Source: Tetramitus jugosus
Lineage: Eukaryota; Protista; Heterolobosea
Direction: 5' to 3'
Length of the DNA: 64,000 nucleotides
Assembly: GCA_937625935.1 (NCBI GenBank)
Contig: OW569389.1
Location: 335,694-399,693, forward strand
Shown here: piece by piece, positions 34,069 to 45,059 of the stretch
Layout of the letters: every line of letters starts with the position of its first letter
Numbering within the stretch: position 1 is the first letter of the stretch
The notes under the pieces: generated by a model
The model's input: the letters and a program-made list of their open reading frames with translations, nothing else
Databases searched by the model: none
Told to the model about the DNA's origin: nothing
Translations under genes and position numbers: made by a program

Positions 34069-37000
34069 TCAGTCCGACCGAATTGATTGTCGCACATTTT
34101 GCTGCATGTTGTTCTTACATTGGGAGATCATTTGAGAGCAAACGATATCCTCCGGATTCTTGGAATAGAATCGATAGAACACCTCCAATGCCTGTTCATA
34201 ATCTCCAGAGCGCATTAGTTCATGACCCATTCGATACTCACTCCATTTGTCTCCACTCTCGCGGTTCAAATCTTCGACCCATTCGTCTCCTCCTCTCATT
34301 TCTCCTAATTCATATGCACCTGCTTCAATGGGTCTCAACAAGAATTCCTCTTTAACAGCTTCATGAACATCTTCAGATACTAGTACGTGGACACCAGTTT
34401 CAGCACTTCGGAAGCACAAACGATTGGCATTCTTTGCTGCATGTCCGATAATTGTGAAAAACTTTGTACTATCGCTACCAATATTACCATAGAATACTGG
34501 ACCACTGCTAATTCCGATCGAGAGATCCAGAATTGGTAATTGTTTTGCAGCCCAGTTCTGTTGCAATTTTTTCAAAGCATCTAGTGCCGCGTTTGCAGTC
34601 TTGCAGGCTCTAGTTTTGTGGTCATGTTGTGTTATGAAGGAATTCCATACAATGACAGCCTTGCTTGAAGACAGAGAAACAAGTTGTCCGTTGGAGTCTC
34701 TGATACAATCCTTCATTGCAGCCAGAAGATCCTTTGCAGTTTCAGAAATGTCACCTGCCGAGTATTGTTCCAATACTTCTAAAAATTCAGAAAATCGCAC
34801 TGTCATCACACTAATATTACTGCTTACCAGAGCAGATTTAAGGGCTCTATTTACAATACCAGTATTGAGACGCATAGCGGATTCATTACTGCTGCTGGAA
34901 TCAATGGAAGATCTGCGTGAGTGAGGAGAGCCACTGCTTTGTTGATCATTGGCAACTTTTTCGTTGACAACATCAGCAGATACTTCTGCTTCGATGATAG
35001 TAAGAATATGATCAGGAATGAACTGTTTGAATTGCTTGAGACGAGCAATCATGGACGAGAATGTGTTTCTCATGACCTTAATCTCAGTGAAGAAACCATC
35101 ATCTTTCGCCAATATCTTTTCCACCTTTTCTAATTGCAACATCTTGATTGCTTCAGCAAGTTTCATCATATTCAAAATTGGTTTCATGAACAACTTAGCA
35201 GCCAAAAATGATACCAAAACACTGATTACGAGAAGAATTAGAGTCGCTGAAGCCATAATACCAATGCTAATGTACATGTTCCTGTAAAATGTAGCCATTG
35301 GTAAGGATTGAACGATAATCCAATCCATTCCATAATCGTCTTGGAGTCGACCAAGATTCAGTGCTTGATATCTGTCATTCAGTTTAAAAATGTCAAAGTG
35401 TTTTTCAGTACCTGCCCTGTTAAAGGAGTTACCATACTTGGATCTTGCAAACTTTAGCATTGCTCGTATTCTTTCATTCTCGGCTTTGGAGCCATCATAT
35501 CTATCAATATCATTGGATCTCTGTTTGAATAGAGTCACTGATGAATCACTTGTAGCAATCATGTAACTAGTGCTTGCTTCAATAATAGCAATAACACTAC
35601 CATCGTCCTTGGCCTGGCTTTCCAAAAACTGATTCAGTGAATCAGTTGTAGCACCAAGACCGTAGTAACCGAGAACATTAGTTGAACTTGAATCCAACAA
35701 CGGTATCAAGAAATTAATGAACAATCTACCTGCAAAAGATCCTCCAGCAACACCATATGGCTCTGTCCATGATATTTTCTTCGCACTGATCACAAAACGA
35801 TCAAAGTCATTGTACAAATCCGTGGCTGCTAAGGTTCTTATTTCAGATGGCAGAGTTCTGATGTTCGTCCACTGGGTGTTGGAAAGATTGGCGACTTGAT
35901 ACCAGGTCACATCTCGTTTGTCAGTGCTCAAATAGGAATCATAATACTCTAGAGTGTTCTTTGCAAAATTCTTCGAGATACCACTCTTGGAAAAGTCTGG
36001 TAGTCCCAAGTAAGAAGAAGACATGATTCTGGCTCTTCCATAATTTGTGACAAAAGTGTTAAAGGTCATCTCCATTGCCTGATCTGCATCTGTGATTGAA
36101 AAGTTTTGACTGCGAAGTTGAGTAGCGGCTGTTAAAGCAATTGAAGAATGTTCTTGAATGCTCTCTCTCAAATAGGACAGGGTCTCACTAAATGACTTTC
36201 TCCGAATTTGAGTTGCACTCGCCGAAATGCTTGTGGCAAAGAAACTAATGGAAATAATGGCAATGGCACCTACACAGAGAACGGCAACGAGTGCAATGAT
36301 CAGGATAAGTGCTGTTTGAAGGCTTACACAACAGTCACGCACCTTGTTTGATCTCATCTTTTCTTCCACTCGATTTGTTGGCTTCAACGATCCACCTACA
36401 CTGCTCAGCAATTGTACCAATTCTACATTTTTGTTTTGAATGGCATGAGCGAGTGGTGTCTTGCCATCCAAGTCTCCATCATTTATATTTACTTCAGAGC
36501 ATCGACAGAAGAATGCTACTGCTTCTTTACGACCATTCTTCACAGCAAGCAACAATGGTGTGTCTCCATACTTGTCTGCCTTGTTCAAATGAGGACCAAA
36601 ATTCGATGCCGATCCAACATCAATGCCCTTGATTAATGCCAACAAGCCATCCATAATTCCTTCTGTTGCAGCTCTGTGGAACAAGTTACGTCCATAGGCA
36701 TTCACCGTTGTCATCAACTTGAAAATCTCTCTAGGAAACTGTTTGGTAAAAAAGTTACAAATTTCAGGATAAGGAAGTGCGTGAAACAGCACAGTTTCTT
36801 CTTCAATGTTCCTTCTGTGTGGCGACGCCGATAGATTGAGCACTAGAAACTGAACAGCAATGATATCACCATTCTCAGCTACAGAGTGAAGCACAGTATT
36901 ACCCTTTGTGCCTCTCAAGTGAACTTCTAATCCCCTAGAAGAAGCCAACAACTCTGCCATCTTGTAATCCCTAGCCTTGAGTGCAATGAGCAGTGGAAAC

Positions 37001-37635
37001 TTGTTGTAAACATCTTTTTGGTTGATGTTGGCGCCACGAGACAACAAAAAAGCGGCAGCTTCATGACAATGATTAGCCACAGCATAGAGCAATGGAGTTG
37101 ACTGAATCGAATCAGTGAGATCAATATTGGGAAAGTGACTTGAAATGACTTCCATACATCGATGCTTATTGTTCTGAGCTAACAAGTGAAGTAATGTACA
37201 ATTATCTGTCCGTCTATCGACAATCTTATGAATAGGTTGTAGTGTAGTAGTAGTAGTAGTCGTTGTTGTTGTTGTGCTATTTCTATTACTCGTACTACTT
37301 AAAATATCATTGTTAGTATTGTTGTTTGTGTTATTGTTGTTAATGGCACTGTGAATCACAGTGTATTCCTCTAGTAGTTGAGCCATGAGTTCACTAGCAA
37401 TCGTATCATCACCATTCTCACACAAGAAGAGTAATTTATCTTGAATACTGTGGCACATGGTTGTCATTTGATCAATGAGCTCTGAGATGCCTCTTGGATC
37501 CACTGGTTTCTCTGCATGTGACTGTTGTTTCACAGCTGTGGACTTGTTCTTGGTGTTGTTGTCCAACTGGGGCCATTGTTGGATAATATTGATGATTGGT
37601 TGTCTTGCCGTTATGGCATTGGAAGTCACGACCAT
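34069..37635 (-). CDS. Ankyrin + 2-TM Cache-like sensor + HAMP-like + class III nucleotidyl-cyclase-like receptor (catalytically degenerate)
   Basis: Ankyrin repeats (TPLLYAV, GNTVLHSVAE, GDTPLLLAV), two TMs around an extracellular domain with WTEPY, and cyclase motif IGISSGPVFYGNIG...FTIIG. First ATG at 37635; the ORF track uses GTG 37680. Confidence 0.88.
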   Translation of the reverse strand: MVVTSNAITARQPIINIIQQWPQLDNNTKNKSTAVKQQSHAEKPVDPRGISELIDQMTTMCHSIQDKLLFLCENGDDTIASELMAQLLEEYTVIHSAINNNNTNNNTNNDILSSTSNRNSTTTTTTTTTTTLQPIHKIVDRRTDNCTLLHLLAQNNKHRCMEVISSHFPNIDLTDSIQSTPLLYAVANHCHEAAAFLLSRGANINQKDVYNKFPLLIALKARDYKMAELLASSRGLEVHLRGTKGNTVLHSVAENGDIIAVQFLVLNLSASPHRRNIEEETVLFHALPYPEICNFFTKQFPREIFKLMTTVNAYGRNLFHRAATEGIMDGLLALIKGIDVGSASNFGPHLNKADKYGDTPLLLAVKNGRKEAVAFFCRCSEVNINDGDLDGKTPLAHAIQNKNVELVQLLSSVGGSLKPTNRVEEKMRSNKVRDCCVSLQTALILIIALVAVLCVGAIAIISISFFATSISASATQIRRKSFSETLSYLRESIQEHSSIALTAATQLRSQNFSITDADQAMEMTFNTFVTNYGRARIMSSSYLGLPDFSKSGISKNFAKNTLEYYDSYLSTDKRDVTWYQVANLSNTQWTNIRTLPSEIRTLAATDLYNDFDRFVISAKKISWTEPYGVAGGSFAGRLFINFLIPLLDSSSTNVLGYYGLGATTDSLNQFLESQAKDDGSVIAIIEASTSYMIATSDSSVTLFKQRSNDIDRYDGSKAENERIRAMLKFARSKYGNSFNRAGTEKHFDIFKLNDRYQALNLGRLQDDYGMDWIIVQSLPMATFYRNMYISIGIMASATLILLVISVLVSFLAAKLFMKPILNMMKLAEAIKMLQLEKVEKILAKDDGFFTEIKVMRNTFSSMIARLKQFKQFIPDHILTIIEAEVSADVVNEKVANDQQSSGSPHSRRSSIDSSSSNESAMRLNTGIVNRALKSALVSSNISVMTVRFSEFLEVLEQYSAGDISETAKDLLAAMKDCIRDSNGQLVSLSSSKAVIVWNSFITQHDHKTRACKTANAALDALKKLQQNWAAKQLPILDLSIGISSGPVFYGNIGSDSTKFFTIIGHAAKNANRLCFRSAETGVHVLVSEDVHEAVKEEFLLRPIEAGAYELGEMRGGDEWVEDLNRESGDKWSEYRMGHELMRSGDYEQALEVFYRFYSKNPEDIVCSQMISQCKNNMQQNVRQSIRSD

Positions 37636-38643
37636 CTTTTTAGTTTTTAGTTGGTTGTAGCTTTGTGATTCTCTCTTCACAACGGTTGTTGTAGTAGCTT
37701 ATGGTTGGTTGCTAAAGGATGATATGATCTTTGCTTTTGTCGATTGACGTTACAACGACAGGATTTCGAGAGTGTGTGGCAAAAAGAGATCTTTTGGTTG
37801 ACCAAGCAGTGGTTTGTTGTGGAAGCTACTTTCCAAGTGGTTGTGGTTTCTTTTCTGTTTGTGGTGTTGATTGTGGTTGAGGTGAGATGTCCACTGTTAA
37901 TATGGTAACGAATTTACACTGCTGGTCAAAAGGACGGTGGGGAAAAATGAAATCCTAAATGTTCTTGTCAGTGTCAAAATCTCCCTCATGTGTTGATTCG
38001 AAGTTGGGATAGCGTCGCCTTTCATCAAAATCGGATTTATTTTTTGGCCTAATCTGCTTTCGTTTCACGGCGACAAGTCCAAACAAGGTAACACTACTGA
38101 TGGATTAAGGGTCATTTATAGACATGATACTCATCGCACGTCAGACATGAATCGAAGGATCACCTACAAGGTAGAATCTCTTGCCCAAGTGGTTTTTGCG
38201 GCCCAACAACCAATACAAAGAACGTATCATGGGTTCATATGTCTTAAAGACGAGATTTGAACATTGTTCTTAATTAATGAGCCTATGGACAAATATCTGC
38301 AGAGGGAATGTCTCATGGGCTCAATTCGCGAGATTCGAAGAATACCCTTCTCAGTCTGGCCTTTCGTAATTTTGGTCAGAAGGCAGTTTCTGGAACTCTC
38401 CGTGATCTCCTTGCGACCAGGCAAATTCTCAATGACTCGGATGCTGTCATTGCAATGACAAGCCTGATTCTTCAAGTCTATGGAAGGGAGCCAACAGAGC
38501 GGTGCAGCTCAGCTCTCATCAAATCAATGTCTATCTTGGTGGTGCAATGTCAAAGCTTTTACACTTCACCTCCAGAACAACATGAAAGCACACATGAGAT
38601 TTTGTGATTACAACAACAGTAGGATCAATTCTTTCCTTTTATT

Positions 38644-39552
38644 TTACAACATTGTTAGTAGAATCAATGTGATAGCACTGATGACCAACATGAGAGAACT
38701 CTTATTCACAGAAAGAGAAGCACCGTGATTGATGACGGCCTGTAGTTCATCAGAATTGATAAACTTGACTCCCTTTGCAACCATGTCTTCCTTGGCGGCA
38801 CGAATCGTATCTTGTCCAATTCCCACCGTAGCATCCAACACGACATAGGTCGAAAAATTGGTGTAAACAGCAGCATCAAGAGCTGACCAATACACACAAT
38901 AATCAAGTGCAATACCAGTCACAAACAACGTCTCAATACCGTTATCAGTCATAAGCTGAGCCAACTTACTGTAAGCTTCAAAATGACCATTGTCATAAAA
39001 TGCAGAATACGCATCGACATCACACTTGTATCCCTTTTGTTGAATGTGATCCGAGTCCTTCTTGATGAGCGATTCAACAAACATGGAATCATTGGTGTGT
39101 TGAATGCAATGAGCAGGCCACAACGTTTGATGCAACGTTACCAAATCAGATGAAGCAACATCTGTACAATTGACTCCATAGGGTGCATAACCAGTGTAAC
39201 CATGAGTGTCTTCCATGCTGTCCATGCTGCACAGCGTGCCATTTTTCGTGTACAGTAAATCTTTTTTTTCAAAAATCTTGGCGCCCTTGTGCATCGTGTT
39301 GAACGAAGCATGATGAGGACAGTGCCAATCTTGAGTTCTCACCACCATGTCGAAATCTTGATCGTGATCCGTGCGGATTTGGTTAATGACGGGAACAATG
39401 GCATTACCTCCAGTCACTGCGAGTGATCCTCCTTCGACAAAACAGTTTTGAACATCGACAATCATGAGAGCCTTCTTCTTGGATTCAACCATGAGGACCA
39501 ACAGTGATATTGTCAGTGTGACAAGTGTGCAAATCAACAAAAAACGGTTCAT
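38644..39552 (-). CDS. pncA: Nicotinamidase paralog with signal peptide and C-terminal GPI-anchor-like signal
   Basis: VDVQNCF, TQDWHCPHHASF, LWPAHC, QQKG and GIALDYCV motifs; C terminus NHGASLSVNKSSLMLVISAITLILLTML. First ATG at 39552. Confidence 0.92.
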   Translation of the reverse strand: MNRFLLICTLVTLTISLLVLMVESKKKALMIVDVQNCFVEGGSLAVTGGNAIVPVINQIRTDHDQDFDMVVRTQDWHCPHHASFNTMHKGAKIFEKKDLLYTKNGTLCSMDSMEDTHGYTGYAPYGVNCTDVASSDLVTLHQTLWPAHCIQHTNDSMFVESLIKKDSDHIQQKGYKCDVDAYSAFYDNGHFEAYSKLAQLMTDNGIETLFVTGIALDYCVYWSALDAAVYTNFSTYVVLDATVGIGQDTIRAAKEDMVAKGVKFINSDELQAVINHGASLSVNKSSLMLVISAITLILLTML

Positions 39553-40064
39553 TTTTTTCAGGCCCAAAAGATAATGATAGGATAGTAGTAGTAGTTAAGT
39601 TGTTTTGTTTGTTGGTTAGTTGGTTTTTTGAGAGTGGAAGAGGTGTGGATAATGCTGTTGGTTGGTTGGTGGTTTTGGCAAAGGAGGAGTTACGATTCGA
39701 AGTTAACGATTTCTCATAGGGAACGATATTGACGTCATGTGTCATTTCGTTGTCTGAATCTGGACTGTCATTTTTGATGTGATGAGACAGCGTTCCAAAC
39801 TTGCGACGTGAGACTGTCTCAAAAAGTGCTCGATATCGATCTTTTTCGAGAGAGCTCCTCTATTGATTCTATCTTCCAAGAAGGTAATGCTCACTTTCGT
39901 CGACATGAGTGCGCAGGACAGTGCGCATTGTTGACGAGTGCAACTACAGTGTTCAGGTGACCTAGAAAGAAAATTCATGAATGCTCATCCTGAACACCAA
40001 ATGACAATAAATAATCATTTATTATTGGTTAAATTGGGGATTCCCACCCTTCACTCAAGACCAA

Positions 40065-40715
40065 TTAATCTGTTGCGGAAGCAGCGACGCAACACATTGC
40101 CCCAGTTTTCTTGTTGTAAATGGTGAAGATGAAGACACCCCACCAGATCAATCCAGCATCAAAGAAGGAAGACCATGGTTGCTCCACCCAGGAGAAGATT
40201 TCCAAATTCTCAATGTTTTCATCAGAAATACCACCAAACAAGCAATCATTCAACTCTTGGAACAATTCAGTCGAGGTCTGCACACCATATGGAGCTGTTC
40301 CAAAAGCATAGGAGTATCCTTCTGCACCAGTGATGGAACGAGATGAAATCTCGATGAATTGGTTGGTTTGTCTGCAGAAGTCAGTTCCAAAGAACTGGTC
40401 AAAGGATTCTTGCTTTCCTTTCATCTGATCAAACTCAAAGGTTAAGTTCTTGTAAAAATCGTTGGTTTGGGCAATATGAATCAACGATTGTTGGGCTGCC
40501 AAACGATGTTTATCGTAGGCACTCCAGTCGTTGGTACTTGGATTGAGCTTAACGATGACGGATTCCAAAGTTGAGCCTGTGGCACGAACTCTATCTTGGG
40601 CTTGAGGTGTTTCAGTCTCAACCATTGGATTTTTAACGATATCAGAAGGAAGTGCACTTAGATTCATTGTTTCTTTGTTTCTTGGTTTGTTTGTTGTGTG
40701 ATGTGATTGTGTCAT
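40065..40715 (-). CDS. Hypothetical protein with bacterial-type C-terminal WSxxFxxGxxWWG...ASATD motif
   Basis: 216-aa ORF ending WSSFFDAGLIWWGVFIFTIYNKKTGAMCCVAASATD. Confidence 0.7.
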   Translation of the reverse strand: MTQSHHTTNKPRNKETMNLSALPSDIVKNPMVETETPQAQDRVRATGSTLESVIVKLNPSTNDWSAYDKHRLAAQQSLIHIAQTNDFYKNLTFEFDQMKGKQESFDQFFGTDFCRQTNQFIEISSRSITGAEGYSYAFGTAPYGVQTSTELFQELNDCLFGGISDENIENLEIFSWVEQPWSSFFDAGLIWWGVFIFTIYNKKTGAMCCVAASATD

Positions 40716-40948
40716 AAATCTAATTGGAAAGATGGATCACTTTTTGAAGCATGACACGTGAATACTCGCGCGAGCGAATATCTGGTATTCCGGCCATTCC
40801 GACATTTTGAAATGAGCTAGTTGAATTTTAAAGCTTCATAATGCGCCGTAGATTGGAACTGAAGTAGAAGGCTTCCCCTCCAACTGCAGTCAATCAAAGT
40901 AGAAACTTCCATCTAACTTTCGAAGAAGGGTACTTTTACATGACTTAT

Positions 40949-41530
40949 TCAAGAAGCTATACCATTGCTTGCAGGTTTTAATTTATGAATCATGGGCAAA
41001 TCTTTCTCCTCAATTGAATTCGATCCCAAAAGTTCCATCTCATACTGCATCAATTGTTTCATGAAACCTGGGTTTGGTTTGATTCCTGATCTTTTCTCCT
41101 TGACAAAAAGAAAAGACTGGCGCAGACTCCACCGATTTTTGTACATTAAGTAAGCAATCACGGTCGTTGGTGAACGACTGACACCTCCCGAACAATGAAC
41201 CAACACTGCTCCCCTGGGTGGTGGTGTTGCATCAGAACTGTGATGAATCATCTCGTGAACAGAGTCTAGAAACTCGAGAGCCACAGGTAATTTTGACAAG
41301 AAATCAGTTTCCAAACTATCCTCAAAATGAAGTTTCTGATAAGTGAGTCCTTCACTGCCAGTGTCATGATAATTCTTGCCTGCCAGGTTCAACACGTGAG
41401 AAATGTGTAACTTTCGCAGACCACTGAGGTTTTTGGCGGCTTGAGCACTACCGAGGTAAAGAAATCCAGGTATGATCTCAGAACAGTCAATGTTGTTGCT
41501 GCATGATGCAGATTGAACTCTTTTGCCCAT
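40949..41530 (-). CDS. Atypical dual-specificity protein phosphatase
   Basis: EIIPGFLYLGS, VLVHCSGGVSRSPT (HCX5R) and IKPNPGFMKQL motifs. First in-frame ATG at 41530. Confidence 0.93.
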   Translation of the reverse strand: MGKRVQSASCSNNIDCSEIIPGFLYLGSAQAAKNLSGLRKLHISHVLNLAGKNYHDTGSEGLTYQKLHFEDSLETDFLSKLPVALEFLDSVHEMIHHSSDATPPPRGAVLVHCSGGVSRSPTTVIAYLMYKNRWSLRQSFLFVKEKRSGIKPNPGFMKQLMQYEMELLGSNSIEEKDLPMIHKLKPASNGIAS

Positions 41531-41810
41531 TTTTCGATTTTCTTGTTCTCTTTGAATAGAACAAAAAGATGCGGAGTTTTGGCAAGAAACACCAAGTAGT
41601 TGCTGTGTGGTAGCAACCAAGCCATGAAGGGTCGAATTTTGATGAAACCAGTTTCATGTAATTCTTATTGACACGAATTATCCACAATTGTCCGCGGGGA
41701 CTATCTTTCTTTTAGTCTTGCAGATGATTTGACTCCGATGTTGTCCGATGCATAATTATCGGGTATGCATAGCTCCCGTCGATGTATGGTGATAACAAAC
41801 GAAGTGAGAG

Positions 41811-42326
41811 ATGATGGAGAAGAGAGTAGAAGCGAGTACCAAAATAGAAGATGAACAATCCAATGTTTTATCATATGGATCAACAATGGATTTGCTGGAA
41901 TCGCCGACACCACCTCCAACAACAGCAAGCACAAAAAGTGTGGCTGTGGAGCAAATGGTTCATCCATGTGCATGTTTCGTTCCTCAATGGCGATTAGTAA
42001 ACAATGCAGATTCATTTGCGCGGGATATGTTGGCATCTGAGCGGACGTTTCTGGCCTGGGTTAGAACGGGATTGGCAATCTTTTCTATCGGATTCGCCAT
42101 CGTAAAGTTAGTGCAAGAGCACAGTCATCCCAGATTGATCAAAGGGTTAGGAACGTTTTTGATCGTGTCTGGAGTTGGTTGTATTGTGTATGCTTGGCTA
42201 AAAAATATGGTTATTGCTCATCAATTGTGTCACAAACGGTTTCTTGTGGATTCAATAGGACCTTTACTTGTTGTTTGTTTCAGTATGATTGTGGGCGCTT
42301 TGGCTCTGGCAACCATTTATTTATGA
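41811..42326 (+). CDS. DUF202 (YidH/Vtc1-like) membrane protein
   Basis: RDMLASERTFLAWVRTGLAI followed by 3 TM segments. Confidence 0.88.
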   Translation: MMEKRVEASTKIEDEQSNVLSYGSTMDLLESPTPPPTTASTKSVAVEQMVHPCACFVPQWRLVNNADSFARDMLASERTFLAWVRTGLAIFSIGFAIVKLVQEHSHPRLIKGLGTFLIVSGVGCIVYAWLKNMVIAHQLCHKRFLVDSIGPLLVVCFSMIVGALALATIYL

Positions 42327-42530
42327 CAAAGTGGTGAATACAATGAATGTGGTGGCTACCCATCATTAAAAGATTTTGAATCCAACACAGAGAACTTTGC
42401 CCGATTATTGCTCTTCATTCTTTCATGGGTAATTTTTATTTTGTGTATTCGATCTCTTCGTTACCGTAGTTGTCCAGGTACGGGATCATTGATCCGACAA
42501 GGTTTGAGCTAGAAACTTTCAAAGATCTCT

Positions 42531-43449
42531 ATGGGAACTTCTCCATGGAAACAAAACAGTTCCGATCAAATGATCTTCAACGACGACGAGTTTAGAAGAC
42601 AAGAAAATGCTCGTATCGAGAGGGAGAATGAGTATCGAAGACAGGAAGAAGAGTTTAGAAAGATACAAGAAGCATCGAGTATGAGAATTGTGGAAGCAAG
42701 GATTAATCGTTGGAGATAGTAGAGGAGCAGCGGCTCATATGGGAATATCAACAACTTTGTACACACCTCCAATCACTCATGGGCAATATGGATCTAGTAG
42801 ATATACCGGTGGTGAGGAGAGACTAAATTTAATCCCTTGGCGATACATCCCTGGATTCACCATTCCTTCCAGTGCGAGCAGTTCATATACTCGCCCTTCA
42901 AGCCACACAACTGGGACGAGTTCTTCAACATATGAGAACAGACCATCCGTAATTCCCTATCGATATTTCCCAGGGTACACTAGTTCTTTAGACCAGAGTA
43001 GTTCCTATTCTCACCAATCAACTCGTCCCAGTTATTATTCTCAATCAACTACAGCGGATCGATACAGTCCTTCAACGAATGCTGATGATAAATCATTCGT
43101 AATCCCTTCCAGGTGTATTCCTGGGTACAAAAGTGCTCCAGGCTGGGGAAGTTTCTATACTCAATCTTCCAGCCAAACAACTCCCAGTTCTTACATGGGC
43201 TGGTCCAGAGATGTTTCGATTCAAAATGCTTACAACAGGGTAATAGACCAACTTGATAACTCGGAAGAAAGTTATTGGATCGAGGATATCGTAACTCAAA
43301 GTGCAGAAACGTATAAGACAGACAAAGTTGGGGCACTCAAGATGATTTCTGGATTGATCAGTATTTTGGATGAACACCAAGTTTCAGACTTTGATTCTGT
43401 TCGAGCAAGTCTAGAGAGCTTGTATGATGTTATCCTTCAATCAGTGTGA
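42531..43449 (+). CDS. Hypothetical S/T/Y-rich protein with 3 internal IPxRxxPG repeats; two overlapping ORFs (42531-42719, 42688-43449), gene model uncertain
   Basis: IPWRYIPGF / IPYRYFPGY / IPSRCIPGY repeats. The short upstream ORF is in a different frame and looks protein-like. Confidence 0.5.
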
Positions 43450-43560
43450 GTAAAACAAACACCCCTTGGAATCAATCTTACGAATATTCATCATACTGAA
43501 CAACATTTTATTCCTGTGATCAAGATTAGGGTATTGGGCACAGGAGCTCGCCGTGGAGAC

Positions 43561-44388
43561 TTAAGTACCATTGTCTCCCTTCAGGTTTTGATTCTTAGCT
43601 TTTATAACGTCCAACTCTGCTTTATATCGAATGGCTGAATAGATGCGTTTAGTTGACGTTCTTGAGGAGTACTGCTCAAATGCACTTGGTGGATAGTACA
43701 GCTCAATGGCCTTGGCTAGTGCCGTAAGTTCTGGAACCGTAAACTGATAATAATCAAATTCAATCAAGTCAATACATCTCTCCACATCGTCCACTCTCAA
43801 GGGCTTTTTGAATTGAATAAACTTCTCACGAATCACGGACATATTCTCGAAGATTGAACCAATCGACTCCTTGAAAATTATACCAAGGTACAACAAAAAT
43901 CCGAAAATGGAATCAAATGGTGGGATTCTAATTCCCAGTTTCATGAGCAGGCAGTATGGAAGAGATATCCCAATCAAACCGAAGGACGCGGCAGAACCTA
44001 AAACAATAAGTGGAGAATAAAACAAAAGGAGTATAGGATGGCTATCCCTTCTATCTTCAAGTTTGAACAACTTGTCAATAGCCTGAGCCAGAACAACATG
44101 ATCCAATTCAGCATTGTTCTCCACGCGATTGGGTTGAGTCATCTGTTCTTGATATTGCAGTTGCTTATGCTGCTTCTTCTCAAATCTTGCTTCCATAAAT
44201 TGTTGAAAACGAGAGAGCTTGAACTGTTGGGGATCTTGAATGAACTCTTTCAAACGAACTGTGCTGAGAGATGCGGACAGGTGGTTGTGCAGTCTCACAT
44301 GATTGAACAGGGAGAAATTGGTCAGTAATAAACGACTGCTATTGCTTCTGGCGGGGTGAGAAGCCTTGTTGATGACTCGACCTATCAT
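43561..44388 (-). CDS. Hypothetical membrane protein, possibly mitochondrion-targeted
   Basis: R/S/L-rich N terminus and a central hydrophobic hairpin. First ATG at 44388. Confidence 0.6.
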   Translation of the reverse strand: MIGRVINKASHPARSNSSRLLLTNFSLFNHVRLHNHLSASLSTVRLKEFIQDPQQFKLSRFQQFMEARFEKKQHKQLQYQEQMTQPNRVENNAELDHVVLAQAIDKLFKLEDRRDSHPILLLFYSPLIVLGSAASFGLIGISLPYCLLMKLGIRIPPFDSIFGFLLYLGIIFKESIGSIFENMSVIREKFIQFKKPLRVDDVERCIDLIEFDYYQFTVPELTALAKAIELYYPPSAFEQYSSRTSTKRIYSAIRYKAELDVIKAKNQNLKGDNGT

Positions 44389-44600
44389 TGCAATTTGGTT
44401 TGTTCTTCTGCTGCCCGCAATTCTATGTCCTTGTCCCAACGAACTTCATTGTTTTTGCTGACCGAACATAATCCCGACAGCTCAAATTCAACTTGAAAAT
44501 ATTAACAACCACTAGTCACATAGAACACAAGACGTCCATGCTGCCGTGGTGACTGTGACTACAAACATACTTGAGTATGTGATAGCGTGAGAGAAAATCA

Positions 44601-45059
44601 TTGCTGCACCAGTCTCTGACTCCAATTTAGACCTTTATCCGGAGGATTTAGTCGATGATGAGGTGGATGGAGATAGATATTGAGGCTATTGAAGATTTGA
44701 CACTCAATACATGATTTCACCAGAATTAATTCGAAAGACACCCAAGTACCAAAGCCGCGTGGGAGTAAGAGCTCCAGAAGAAATGAAGGGGAAACGAATT
44801 TTCCGAACGCAAATACTACTTGTCCTGCTGTCTGCTGAATGCTCTTCATTGGTTGCATCATTGATCTTGGTGTTGTATCCAAGGGAAGATGGAAAGTACG
44901 AAGTAGCAATCAAAGATATTGTTGTTGGGTTAGTAAACGATGGACTTACAATAGGAGTCACTATTGGTACCTGTACTCCGAGATGTTGGACAAGCAACCT
45001 GTGATGAGAAATGCGATGTAAATTCATTCGGGATTATCGGACATAATACTTAGTCTAGA
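44601..45059 (+). pseudogene. Scrambled remnant containing internally deleted protein-kinase fragments
   Basis: About 44866-45038 aligns by eye with kinase segments at about 50150-50215 and 50562-50679; 44601-44709 is repeated at 52904-53019. Confidence 0.8.

Noticed and set aside
38227-38607. Short ORFs between the cyclase and the second nicotinamidase (and similarly at 32063-32594)
   Set aside because: No recognisable motifs; they may be decayed sequence but cannot be supported as genes.
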